Assembly: GCF_040938485.1 (NCBI RefSeq)
Contig: NW_027270955.1
Location: forward strand, 868,001-932,000
Direction of reading: 5' to 3'
DNA length: 64,000 nt
Source of the DNA: Diadema antillarum
Lineage: Eukaryota
How positions within the stretch are numbered: the first letter of the stretch is position 1; each line of letters starts with the position of its first letter. The notes under the pieces are model-generated. The model ran no database searches. It saw only the letters and a program-made list of their open reading frames with translations, and was not told where the DNA came from. The position numbers and the translations under genes are program-made. Positions 25,726 through 37,649 of the stretch are shown here, one piece after another.

Positions 25726-28700
25726 TTTTCACGAACTCCAGATATGTGAAGACTTCCTAGTGTCAGCAGCCATCCTTTGGAATCCAACAGTTGTATCAGG
25801 TGTCAATCACTTGAGGTTGATCAATCCATTGTGACATATGCCATGTTCCTGTAACGGGGGAAAAGTGAAACAGATGTCAGTATAACCTTGGTGAAATCCT
25901 ATGTTCAAAAGCGATTATAAAGTTTTACATGACTATGGACAAATCTCTTGATAGCTGATAGGGTAGACACATGTCTAGGGCAAAACTATCACTTACAATA
26001 TGACAGAAATCCACTGCTCAAGTTTCCAAACAGTCAAAATATTTGAATTTTGATGTCATTCCCACAGGGACACCACTATTATTGTATAAAACAGACACTT
26101 CATGAGACACGCGCGTCTTCAAATTACCTGTTCTCCAGGTGATAGTGAATTTCCTGAGCTTGATGAAGACAGCTTGCACATATTCCATCAATCATACAAT
26201 AAAGTTCTCACAGAAGATGAAATACATTCTTTTTTTACCGTACACCTTCATACAGTAAGTTTCCAACACAAGTTCCTCGAACATATTCCATTTCTATTAA
26301 CAGGGCTTGAAAACAAGTCGGACCAGTTGGCCACTGTGAATTAGGCCGTTTCTTCTAAACCCATCCCATTGTTAGGTGCTTTGGTTGGGAGGGAGTCAGC
26401 CACACAATACCAAAGTATGCCATCTCAGTGGTCTTTCAAATCAATAATTCCTGCAAAGGGATAAAATCAATATCTCCAAGGAACCAAGGTATTGTGTAAT
26501 GCTAATCGCATGGGGTGTATACACAAATCCTACAAGGGTGCATGTACTGTAACCCCTTCTGAAAATGTCTGACATGTCATATTGCTGTGATCCTGTTTAT
26601 CATACTATACATGTACAGTCAAAGGGCTTCGCGGGAGTAGGCTTCGTGTATTAAAGAATGATTTGTTGTTTTTTTCTTTTTTTAAAGGCAATTACTATCT
26701 GATGATTTTGCAGTGAGATGCTCTATTCTATAGTAATAATGCATAAAAATACATTTCTTTCTATTACAAAAGCAGTAAGCCTCTTTTCCAAACTCTCCCT
26801 GTTGATTCACAATTATGTTCTACAAAGGCTCTTCCCAACAGAATGACATGCTGTAATGCACAGTTATAAATATCCCTTCCCATTGGCCTTTCCTTCTTTT
26901 TTTTTTTCTCTTGGAGTCAGAAGAGGCCAGAGTTTTTGACTACAGCAGAATCTTCATCAGAGGTAAAATGACTATTTAATCCAACAGAATAGTCTAAGGT
27001 AAAATCACCAAAATGCTTTTGCTTAGCTAACAAATATTCTGCTAGGATCGAAAGAACAGACCCCTGTTTGACACCACTTGATTCCACTGCTTGCCACTGT
27101 AGGATACTAAATATTTTTTCAGCAGCTTTGTCTGCTACAGTTTTTTTAAAAATTATTATTATTCTTCACAAGGATAACAGCTACACATTACACGGTAAAT
27201 AGTGCCTCATCACATGATTGGGAAATGAAAGTGCTTTAATTCCAGAAGTGTGTATGAAATGTAAACTCTTGACATGAAAATTTGAATTTTCCATATAGGA
27301 TACTGTGGCATGCTGTAACAGTTGATGCATATGGACAGGAGACTATTGAAATTATTATTATTATTATTATTTTTTTTTTTTTTGTAACTAAAACAGGTTT
27401 CAAAGGGCATTTTTTTTTCTTTCTCCCCCCCCCCCCCCAAAAAAAAAAAAAAAAAACTACTGTTGTCAAATATCATGTGTATCATTATAGTAACACTACA
27501 GAGTGTATAAAGTCTCTTGCAATCTTCTAATGTAATGTTGGGTTATAAAATTGTTATGCACTATTTTTTGTTTGTTTAACTGAATATCATCTGTAAAAGT
27601 TGTACTAGGGATGGGTTAAAGAGGCTTTTAATACCATAATGAGTTTACATGCATATTGGCAAGAGTAAAATCAGGGAATAATTTTCCTGGTATCGCATCG
27701 CAATTTGCTACGCATTTTTACATCACTGCTACACAAACTAACTTTTGTGCAGCAGTTTTCTTACAGGAGTGTACAGGATATCACTGAAGATATTTTTCAT
27801 CAGCTGCAATTGCTAATCAAATTTGAGTTTGAAAATTATTCCCTGAAAATTCTTGTCATCACTGTATATGACTTGACTGCACATTTTACAAAGACCATAC
27901 GTACATGTATGCCACAACTCTACCCCTTCCCATTTTGATTGGAAATCCCACAGATCTCCAAATCAAATATAGCATATAATGGAAAAACTTTGATTTTTCA
28001 CCAAAGATGTTTAATCAGTTTAGTTATCCATGAAAAGTGTCACAACTGTGGTCTATATTCCAACCCTCCCAAACCTCATGTTTTGGGTTGATGCACTACA
28101 GATAGAATACGATGGACACTGTAGTACCTACATGTAGTTTTCCAGTAGTTTTTAGGAACCCGATAATACCCATTTTTCTTTTTCTTTCAGAGACAAAATT
28201 CCGTTTGGATCAACTGACTCGACAGAAGATTGTTTCACTTAAAATTGAGCAACACTGTGTTTGATACAATTGCTTTAAATTACAAGCTGTTTAAAGGACA
28301 CAGGACCAAGAAGTTGGCATTAACCAATAAATACAAGTTATGTCATGAATTTTAGACAGATTTTCATATCAAGCCCAGAGTATGCAGATGTCCAGGCTGT
28401 TTGAGACAGGGGGCCTATTAGAGGCGATTTCATTCGTAGATGAAAAGGTCCTATCAGGTGACATACATACACACTGTAGTACTTACTCTCACTTCCCATA
28501 ACACTTATGTGAGTAACTCCTGCTGTGTGAAAGCAGATACTTGATGCTCTTTGCAACGTAGACCTGTTTTATTGGTGAATGAAACTGCTCCTGCATCAAA
28601 TACACATAGGCAGCCTGCCATAAAAAGGGATTTTCAAGTACTTTAGTACAATGCAACATACACTGTAGAATCTATCACATTTACGCATTAAAACAGTTAT

Positions 28701-29444
28701 TTGGTCATAAAGCAATACATCTATAAATCACCAGAATGAAATTTTACTTTCATTTTTTTAATCATTTTTTCCCCTTTTTAGTTATATATGAGTCCAAGCA
28801 ATTCTACACATGACTGCACAGATCCTTCCAGACAGATGGAGTTAGATTTGCTTGAATTTAAGGAGAATGAAATACACTGTACATTGTACCGGGTATTTGT
28901 GTGTAGACCACTAAACAAAACCGGCACAGCTATTTTTAAGTCTTCTGCTGACACAATGGCTGCTCTGTGTGTAATCATTTCCAAACTAACATCTGATGAA
29001 CTGTCAAACTATCATAATTTACCACTGTTTACTTTATTTCTGTTTGTTCGTATAATTCCCAATATTTACTCACAACAAAACCTCATTCTATAACTGCACT
29101 TTACAATTTGTAGGTTCATGTGCTGGTTATTTGATTTATTGGTCAATCGCAGGTACAATCACTCTGTTACTGACTGTCATGCAGTTGTATACAGAAAAAA
29201 AAAAAAAAATTAATAACCAGAATTGATGTGTTTTACAGAAGGGGAACATTTCAATATGACATGGGGTTTTCTAGATCTATTTTCTTTGCTGTCTTGTTCT
29301 TTACAACAACAACAACAAGAACAACAAAAATCACTATCGCACAACATGTACATACAGTTGTACGAATGTTACCCTTCTTTCAACAGTAAAGATTCATGTG
29401 ACTCCCAACAATATGACAGGGATGCCAAGTTAAAAAAAAATTCA

Positions 29445-29773
29445 TGAGTGAGATTTTCATGACTCGGCATCTCGGCATGCGAATGTGCGTGTGAGCGAGG
29501 GTGTGGGAGGGGTTTTTCCCCCCTCCCATGGTAGGGAGCTTTTTCAATTTTTAGCTTTTAATGGTGCGATCAGGTACATACTTACAAGTAAGTTACTATT
29601 TTTTACTTATTTTGACAGACAAAAGGGAAATTCTTTGAGCTATAATCATTATCATAGGCCCAAGTTGCAGACTTCGCCGATTGCGTGAGAAAAATGGGTG
29701 CCATGCGTGAGATCGTGAGACGGCCCCTAAATGATTGAGTCTCACGCAGAATGCGTGAGACTTGGTAGCTCTG
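29445..29773. mobile_element. hAT-like element fragment
   Basis: End reads CAGAGCTACCAAGTCTCACGCA on the minus strand; multiple GCGTGAGA subterminal motifs; GGGAGGGGGTTTTCCCCCCTCCC palindrome. Confidence 0.55.
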
Positions 29774-31102
29774 ATATGATAACATAAATGGTAAACCAGG
29801 GTACCAAATAAAAATCAGCCATTTTGTTGAATTATTCATTTTTTAAAAAAGGTTGTACCCTGGGTGCCAAAAAGAAGTAAATCATTTTGGTGCTGGAGCT
29901 AGTGCGCGCTAGCCACTGCACTGTACTGCATTTAAACACACGCCAGTGGTCTAGCACAGCGTGCCATGCATGCATAGTATAACATGCAGTGGCATGGGAA
30001 TGACTATGTACACGCACACACAGTGCATGCATTTTTCTCTGGCTGTCCTCGAGTGGACGTGAGGTGGCGCTACACAACGCGGTAAACGGGGGAACGCGTG
30101 ATGCATCATATGCCCAAAATATATACATACATTGTACTGTACAGTGTATACGTACTGTAATTTCAATTGCCCATAAATCATAGATTACCCATGATGACAA
30201 GATTTTCTTCTTTTTTTTCTCTATAAATCAATGTCTTTGAACATGGGGTATATAGATCTAATTACTTGCGGACAGTTGGAAAGCCATTTACATGGTCTGT
30301 CAGTCCAAGTAACATGTACGCCTATATGTACTGTGATTATGCTCATCGTCAAGTCGAAATATGGAAACACAGAGTTGTTCAACAGAATTTTAGGCCTCCA
30401 ATCATCTTTTCTAATCAATATCAGGGCATTAAGTAGAAACACTAGCAAATGTTCAAATTTCAATAAATATCTTTTTTTTTCAAGTCAAAGAATATTGTTT
30501 GAAAATTTACAATCCCTCTTACCAATTTTCAGGAAAAGTATACTAAAAGACCCCCAATTTTAATGATTCTTCAAGATTTCTTCCCCAATATGAGCCCCCA
30601 AAATATATCCCTTTCCTGAAAAATCAGGAACACGCATGCAGTAACAAACCTTTGCCAAGGTTCGACCTACTGTGCCAAAATTTGACCACATGCAAAGGCA
30701 TCTAGCTTTTACATACTGTACCATAGCAGGTTGATGACGTTACAGTCAAACTATGGATGGCTTGCGTTTATAGATGACCGACCACCTACAAGTAAGTGGG
30801 GGGGGGGGGGGGGGGGGGAATGGGAACAGTAAGGAACTTCACTTTGTCTTTGAGGGAACATCTTTGGTGGAACAGCTATAAATGAATGCTATCCCCAAAT
30901 AGGTCCAAGTTTAGCCATGAGCCTGCATCTAGTAGTAAAGACCAAGAAGGTACCCTTCAGGCTACAGCCCATAGAAATCATTGGTTTTTTTTTAAATAGA
31001 TTTTACAACAACAAATTTGTGCAAAGAAATAGAAGTCTACACAGTCTCACCTAATGCTACTCTTTACTAATAGTGTACAATATTAGGCCCTGCGGCTATC
31101 CT

Positions 31103-31349
31103 GGTTTTAGGGGGCTCAATTATTTTAGGCTTCTAACTTCAGCACAGCCCCTAACCTAACCCTAATCCTTTTTTAAACCTTAAACTTTGATTAACCCTGT
31201 TACACCCGAAAGCTGCCTAAATCCTTATACTGTATTTAATACTTAGATACATATCGCTTGATTTTTTTTTTTTTTTAATTTTAGCGGGGGTAAATTGCAT
31301 ATTGCCGTGCTGAAGTTAGAAGCCTAAAATAATTTAGCACCCTAAAACC
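31103..31349. mobile_element. MITE with TIRs of about 45 bp and an internal CCTAAC(C)CTAA tract
   Basis: GGTTTTAGGGG..AATTATTTTAGGCTTCTAACTTCAGCAC is inverted to GTGCTGAAGTTAGAAGCCTAAAATAATTTAGCACCCTAAAACC. Confidence 0.75.
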
Positions 31350-31699
31350 CAAGTCAAGATTGCCCCTGAGCCATGCATGCCCATATAGGTGTTGGGCTGA
31401 GGCACTGAATTAACTGAGCTGAGGGGCAAATACAAAGCAAATGTCTTTAAATTGTTACTATGTTTAATAGTGTGTATATCCACTACTGTACTCATCCACT
31501 ACTTTTTTATTTAATACCTTGTATCTTAGAAAATATCCCTCAGTTTCACCTAAATTTCATTCCACTCGAGGCAGAAAATACTGCGGACTCATAGTCATGT
31601 CCCTGGCTCAGATTGTTGACTCGTAGAGTCGTAGTCGTACCGTACATACGTGCGGAATTATAGTCAACGAACACAAGTGACGTTATTGTTTATTATAAA

Positions 31700-31810
31700 A
31701 TGGGTTCAAGAATGTAGCCAATTGGAAGCGCTGAAATGAGTCACGTGTGCGTGCACTAATTTCTCACTAACATGCATGGCCTGACGTCACAATGTTTACA
31801 CTAGCAGTGC
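31700..31810 (-). promoter_or_regulatory. Candidate JHY promoter or enhancer motif cluster
   Basis: CCAAT (about 31718), E-box TCACGTG (31741-31747), perfect CRE TGACGTCA (31782-31789) and FOX TGTTTACA (31793-31800) in a CpG-enriched patch; minus-strand donor AAG|GTATTA at 31516-31517. Function is inferred. Confidence 0.4.
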
Positions 31811-32125
31811 GCACTCAATCAGTTGTTACAAGTGCGTTGCGCGCTACTATACGCGCTGTCAATCCTGTAAACAACTTCTAGTTCGGGCTGCCAGCTGGCC
31901 TTCCTTGTGCATACACGTGGCGTATGTATACTCTTATACGTATACGTACATGCTCACAGTACTTATATGTGCGGGATTTCCGAGTGCGACGTGCGTAATA
32001 TGTTTGGGACGAACATCTTCGGACATCTTGACTTTTTGACTTGAGCTAGTGCTACATGTAGCTGACTGGTATTGACCCACAAAGGTATGTGAAAAATGCT
32101 GTTAGTTTTCAACCCATTTTATAAA

Positions 32126-32298
32126 ACAAATGATGCACAGGATTATTTCGTGGCGTTAGTGGAGATGCAGCTCACTCTCGGGTATTTACAATGTAGTGCA
32201 ACATGCACTCGGCTTCGCCTCCTGCATGTTTCACAATTGTAAATACCCTCGAGAGTGCTACATCTCCACTAACGCTCTCTATCCTGTGCATCATTTGT
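32126..32298. repeat. Palindromic element of about 170 bp (long hairpin, central GGCTTCGCC)
   Basis: ACAAATGATGCACAGGAT..CGTTAGTGGAGATG..ACTCTCG.GTATTTACAAT is inverted at 32232-32298. Confidence 0.8.
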
Positions 32299-34238
32299 AT
32301 ACTTAGTCTGTACATCGGCACAAGCTCATCAATTTAATCGACTGCCCGTTTTCCCACTGAAAAGCATGTAAATCCAGTGAATGGGCAAATACTTGTTAAC
32401 AATATCCTACTATTACTCATGAGGATTTTCTGCAGTTTATTTTTCCTCCTGTTTCCAGATGTTAATATTTATCTGTACTACTAGCCTATCCCCCTAATTA
32501 TCTCTTGATTTGTATCCATCGTTAGATTGGTTGATCTAAAAATTAGGTGGTCGACGAGTACAGTAGCAGACTTCGAAACTATATTTCATCCAGGCAAATC
32601 CAACTAGGGTAGGGCATAGACCGGTGGTCTACTTACTTACTTTACTTTACTTTAATCCATCGATGCTAGTAGGTCCGTGCCTGTTCATCGATCGATTGGT
32701 AGTCATTTGAATCAATCTTTCAATTACGAGTGGTCTCGTTAGTAGTAGGTGCCTAGTACATGTACTCTAGGAAAATAGCAGAATTTAGACCCTAGTTGTA
32801 GGCCTAACGTTAGTAGTAGAAGCAGGGAGGTGTGATTCTCTCTCACACCTCCCTGGTAGAAGTTTAGTGATGGTTTAGTGATAGTGCAGTGGAACCTCTT
32901 GGTTACACACATCACATGTAACGTGTTATTACTGTTGGACAATGTTTTTTTTAAACGTCTACTGTCGAATTGATCAATTCGGTGCTGATGGGGGATGTTA
33001 ATGACTGAATTGATCAGTGTTTTTAGTAGTAGCCATGATAAAAAAAATCAACAGCTCGGTGCACGCCTTCCGGTATCAGGATATCCTGCTCGAGTGTACG
33101 CCCATGTATCATGGCTTACTACTAAAAAACACTGATCCAGTGCTACGCAGTAGGGAACATCAGTTTGCAAAAGGTGTCACAGTTTGCATAGTTTTTTTTT
33201 CCCCTAGCAGTTACGTTCTAGCAACTACAAAGTTAACAAACAGACCAGGCAGTTAATTACCTTAGCTTCCCAGGCAAGGCCAAGATTGTTTTGCGGCACG
33301 GCAGAAACCTGTGCTGTGGGCTGCTGTGTCACAGCCAGCCATACGCCAGGCCAGGGCCAGGCTGAGTGGCTACACTGCCACAGCACAGTCCCGTCAGTTG
33401 ACAGAGTAGTCCGTCTAAAGTAAAACGTTACAACTAATTTTATGATCCGCATTCTTTGCTCCTGTGACGTAAAAAAAAACAGCTGCCACGTCTCCTCCCC
33501 TGGCAGGATGTTCCTACGTATATGTTGTCTACTTTTACTGTAAATTGTCGGATCACTCGGGTTCACAAACGGTTGATTTATGGCACGTATTTAGACCACT
33601 ATTTCCGAATTTGTGGTAAAGGTTCACGCTCACACCAGACCCATCATCGCGCGATCGCGTCGCCGGTAAAATTGGACCAGCGCGTGTATTATGTGTGTGT
33701 CGTCGTACTTGTCCCCGCTAAAGATCTACCATAGATACGCAACGCTACCAATCCCTAATCCGCCCGAGGCCCTTTTCATCTAACACGACTCTTATAGTAA
33801 CTTGATAAGTGTTATGGAGTGTCCATTGTCTCTCGGAAGTCAATGTTCGTATATACCCACCCTACACATGCATCCAGTACAGCTCATCGTAACTCCGATC
33901 CGTGGATTATTCTCTTCCCATCATCCTCGAAACTCCATGTTGTTGTCGCCTTATTTACATACTGTAACTAGGCACCTTTGACACGAGTATGCCAATCTCC
34001 TCCCTTCTCCTGGCCCTCCGCTCGGCCTCCTCCTCTGTCTGCCCTGTACAGCTGTATGGCCTCTCTTCCTTCGAAGCGTTTGTGCGAAGAGTATGAAACG
34101 CCATGTGCTACAAAAGTCGGAAAAAACTCTGATCAGAGTTTAAAAACCAGTGATCAGAGATTTTTACCCCGAGTTTTTACTCAGTGCGTTACTTCGGGGG
34201 TTTCTCTTTTCCCGTGTAGAGTAGAAACTACAGATCAC

Positions 34239-34399
34239 GGCCCCATTTCATAAAAGATGTTAGGATGGCAACTCTTGCTGGATTGGCAACTTCCAATAGC
34301 AACAGCCAATCAGGAATTCAGTTGGATTCTTGTCAGAATTACTAAGACAATTGCCATTCCAGCAAGAGTTGCTATATCAACTTTTTATGAAATGGGGCC
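34239..34399. mobile_element. PIF/Harbinger-like MITE, same family as 52258-52416
   Basis: TIR GGCCCCATTTCATAAAA / TTTTATGAAATGGGGCC. Confidence 0.8.
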
Positions 34400-34705
34400 C
34401 AGATGTTTCTTATAGCTCTGCATGAGCAAAGGGGAAAAAAACTCTGAACAGTAGTCTAACTCTCCACACACAGCCCGAAACCTCTGATTAGTTTTACCTG
34501 CCTGCACACTACCGGGCCTACTCAGCTCGAACCTGTGATCAGTTGTTATAAAGGAGTCCTCAGGATGATTTCCAGACTTTTACATTATATGAACAACTAT
34601 TTGAATTAGTCATTCTGGGTACAGATTTTCAGAATTTATAATGAATGGAGTGAGGAGTAAGAATGTTTTCAAAATTGATAACTGAAATAATCACAATGTA
34701 CAAGG

Positions 34706-34770
34706 CAGGGCCGGCACAGCGTTTTCAAAAGTGTGGGGGCCCACTTCCGGGTTTCATGAGCTAACAAGCA

Positions 34771-34801
<31 letters not shown>

Positions 34802-34868
34802 CAAAACAAAACAAAACACGTCGGCACATCTCTTCTCCCCGTCCACTTCCGGGTTTCTTGAGCTGACA

Positions 34869-34899
<31 letters not shown>

Positions 34900-35210
34900 G
34901 GTCCTTAGCTCATTCTCTCCCCGTCCACTTCCGGGTTTCTTCAGCTGACAAGCAAAAAAAAAGAAAAAAAGAAAAGGTCCTCAGCTCATTCTCTCCCCTC
35001 CCATTTCCGGGTGTTTTCAGCTGACAAGCAAAAAAAAAGGTCTTCATTGATCTCTATCTATTTCGCTTTTAGTGCCACTTACGTACTTCCGGGTTGAAAA
35101 AAGTGTGGGGGCCCAAAGTGATGACACCTTATGTATTCCCTTGTATGGTGCACAAAAAGTGTGGGGGCCCGAGCCCCCACGGCCCCCACGGCTGCGCCGG
35201 GCCGGCCATG
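34706..35210. mobile_element. hAT-like MITE with internal tandem repeats of about 60-80 bp
   Basis: Ends CAGGGCCGGC / GCCGGCCATG; repeated AGCTGACAAGC(A)n..CCACTTCCGGG units; no TSD found. Confidence 0.65.
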
Positions 35211-35641
35211 CTAGGATGATGCTTGGCAGCCTCACTAAGGGCCTTTACGTTTATATTTCGGTGAATACGTTCCAATAAGCTGTATGTGGCATTCAGGCTC
35301 TGCCCACAGATCGAAAAATCTTAATTCTTCGTCTCTCCAATTGTTTCCCTTGGTAGGCACAGCGCTGCAGCCATTACTATTAATATCATCAACTCAATCG
35401 GAGAGTAATTACATGTATTATTATATTAAACAGCTAGATATTAACTTAGAATCGGTGTATGGCGTTGATTTAAACCAACATATGCAAGTATGGTACCGAA
35501 ACAGCGAAATTGTTTCAGCGCCATCTGTGGGATCATTTCGAAACCGTCTAACGGTTGATCACAGTGGCTAGTTATTTTCGTCATATTTTCTATGTGCTTG
35601 TAAATATCTGTAAATAAATTGTATTATAATGTAAATAGCAC

Positions 35642-35717
35642 CAGTCTGCAAGAATCTTCAGTCTATTGAAGGAGGCAGACTTAATCAGAAGAAGAAGAAG
35701 AAGAAGAAGAAGAAGAA
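35642..35717 (+). mobile_element. Probable retroposon 3' end with (GAA)n tail; second copy at about 51710-51820
   Basis: Shared CAGTCTGCAAGAATCTTCAG...AGG(A/AG)GCAGACTTAA followed by GAA repeats. Confidence 0.55.
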
Positions 35718-35834
35718 CACACGATTCATAACACGTACACGAGCGCGCGAGCAGAACAAGAAGCTGTGGGATACCCCATGAGACACGCATGCGCACAGCG
35801 CACAATGACATCATAGAATCATGATTGAAATCAC

Positions 35835-36027
35835 GGTTGCGTTCATGCGGCTTCTGCGATCGTGATTCTGGCAGAATCATGATTCAAAACGCCCTTTTTT
35901 CCGCGTTTCAGATCGGCGTTTTGAAACGCGTTTAAATGGAAAAATCGCATGAATGCAACGCAACTAAACACGTTTAGCGACTAAACGTGTTTAGAAACGC
36001 AATTCTAGTTTCGCATGAACGCAGCCT
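35835..36027. mobile_element. Small Harbinger-like MITE
   Basis: GGTTGCGTTCATGCG is inverted to CGCATGAACGCAGCC. Confidence 0.6.
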
Positions 36028-36046
36028 AAGAATGCAAGAATAAGGA

Positions 36047-36862
36047 CTCTTAAGGAAGCAGAACAAAAGAAGAAAGCATGCATAAATTCTATTCAGGTGA
36101 ACTTGTTAAGCACGTGGTATTGTACTACATTGCTAATTTCTGAAATAATTATGTGAGGCTCCTATGTCATCATCCTTAGTCAGTGTCATTTGATTTTAGT
36201 TTTTCAGAGTATTGATTTCTATGCTCAAGGATCACAATAAATTCCACAAATCTATGCAGGGAGCTATTGATTTATGTACTCCATGATGTGAAATTATGAA
36301 AATCGTCTGGAGTGCCCTTTAGCTCTGCATGCACAACTAAACCTGATTGGGCGCATTCCCCTTTATTATTTTTTTTTTTGTTGTTAAAACAAAAAAGAAA
36401 AATGGGGGCGTACATTGTATGCATCATCTCAGGTGCTAAGACTGCAATTCAGTGCAGCCAAAGAATCTATACACGTTAACTAGATTTACTTGGTTTCCCC
36501 TAAATATACGCATCTGTCTTAAACAGATATTCATCTCGCAGGTGGAGAGATAAAACTAAGCCCCTACCAATCACAGGTTTCGTTAAAGGGACATTCCAGA
36601 CGATTTTCATAATTTCACATCATGTAGTACATAAATCGACAACTCCATGTATAGATTTGTGGAATTTATTGTCGTTCTTGAGCCGAGAAATAATACTTTG
36701 AAAAACCTTAAACAAATTACACTGAACAAGGATGATGACATAGCAGGTTCACATATTTCAGAAATGTAGCAGTGTAATTCCATTACAATACCGCTTGCTT
36801 GCGAGTTCACCTGTGCATAATCTATGGGCATGCCTTCTTCTTTTGTTCTGCTTTCTTGAGCC
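36047..36862. repeat. Inverted pair of Kolobok-like arms of about 275 bp (36047-36321 and 36582-36862) around a spacer of about 260 bp
   Basis: The arms align in reverse complement; termini CCCTTTAG and TTAAAGGG face the spacer. Confidence 0.75.
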
Positions 36863-37549
36863 CCAACTCATGCATTCTTATGGTGACTCTGCCATGTCAT
36901 CATCCTTGTTCATTGAAATTTGTTCTAAATTTTGAAACTATTCTACTTCTTCATCCCAATTCTCACAAATTCTGAAACTCTGTCCTCAGTATAACTAATT
37001 TATTGTTGCTCAAATGTAAAAATCTGAAAATCATGCGGAGGTGTACAGAGTTAAAACTACTGATCTTAGATCTTTCTTTGCTCGTGCAGATTTAGAAACC
37101 TCTGAACAGTAGTTTTTACTTTGAAAGAGAAAAGAAAAACCTCTTATCATTAGTTATACTTTTAATTTTGCAGGCACACAGTGAGTAAAAAACAACAACC
37201 ATCCAACAACAAAAAACAAATTTATACTAGGTACCGATCACAGCTGCTGGTTTGAAACCGGTGATCACGGGTTTTTGCATTTTGCAGCACATGGCGTTCT
37301 ATAAGGAAGTACGGGGAAAGAAGCGCACGGCAGAAGCGCACGCCAGTACAATGTACTCTTTCGCTAGCTAGCTCGATGATAATGCTGTAATGCCCAGTGT
37401 GACGCAACGCGCACGTACGTCAGAGTTCGTGCACGGCCACAGCAAGGAACGGTACAAATATACTAGCAGGGAAGGAACTGCCCAGTCCCACGTGTGGTGT
37501 TAAATGTTATCTTTGAAAGTAAAGATCATCTAATCGCAAATCGCCGAAG

Positions 37550-37649
37550 ATGCCAGTTTTACGGCAGCTTTTACGAGGTATCAGTAGAGGTGCAAACAGG
37601 CACAAAGAGATGACCAGCAAAAGGGGCAATAAACATTTTCATCCAAACA
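37550..37649 (+). CDS. MRPL41: MRPL41 (mitochondrial ribosomal protein mL41) exon 1 (MPVLRQLLRGISRGANRHKEMTSKRGNKHFHPN)
   Basis: Arg-rich, acid-poor N-terminus; RGA---TSKRG motif typical of mL41; donor A|GTGAGT, phase 1. Confidence 0.88.

Noticed and set aside
26402-26497. 10-bp terminal inverted repeat (ACACAATACC/GGTATTGTGT) in a JHY intron, considered as a snoRNA
   Set aside because: No properly placed C (RTGATGA) and D (CTGA) boxes and no H/ACA layout.
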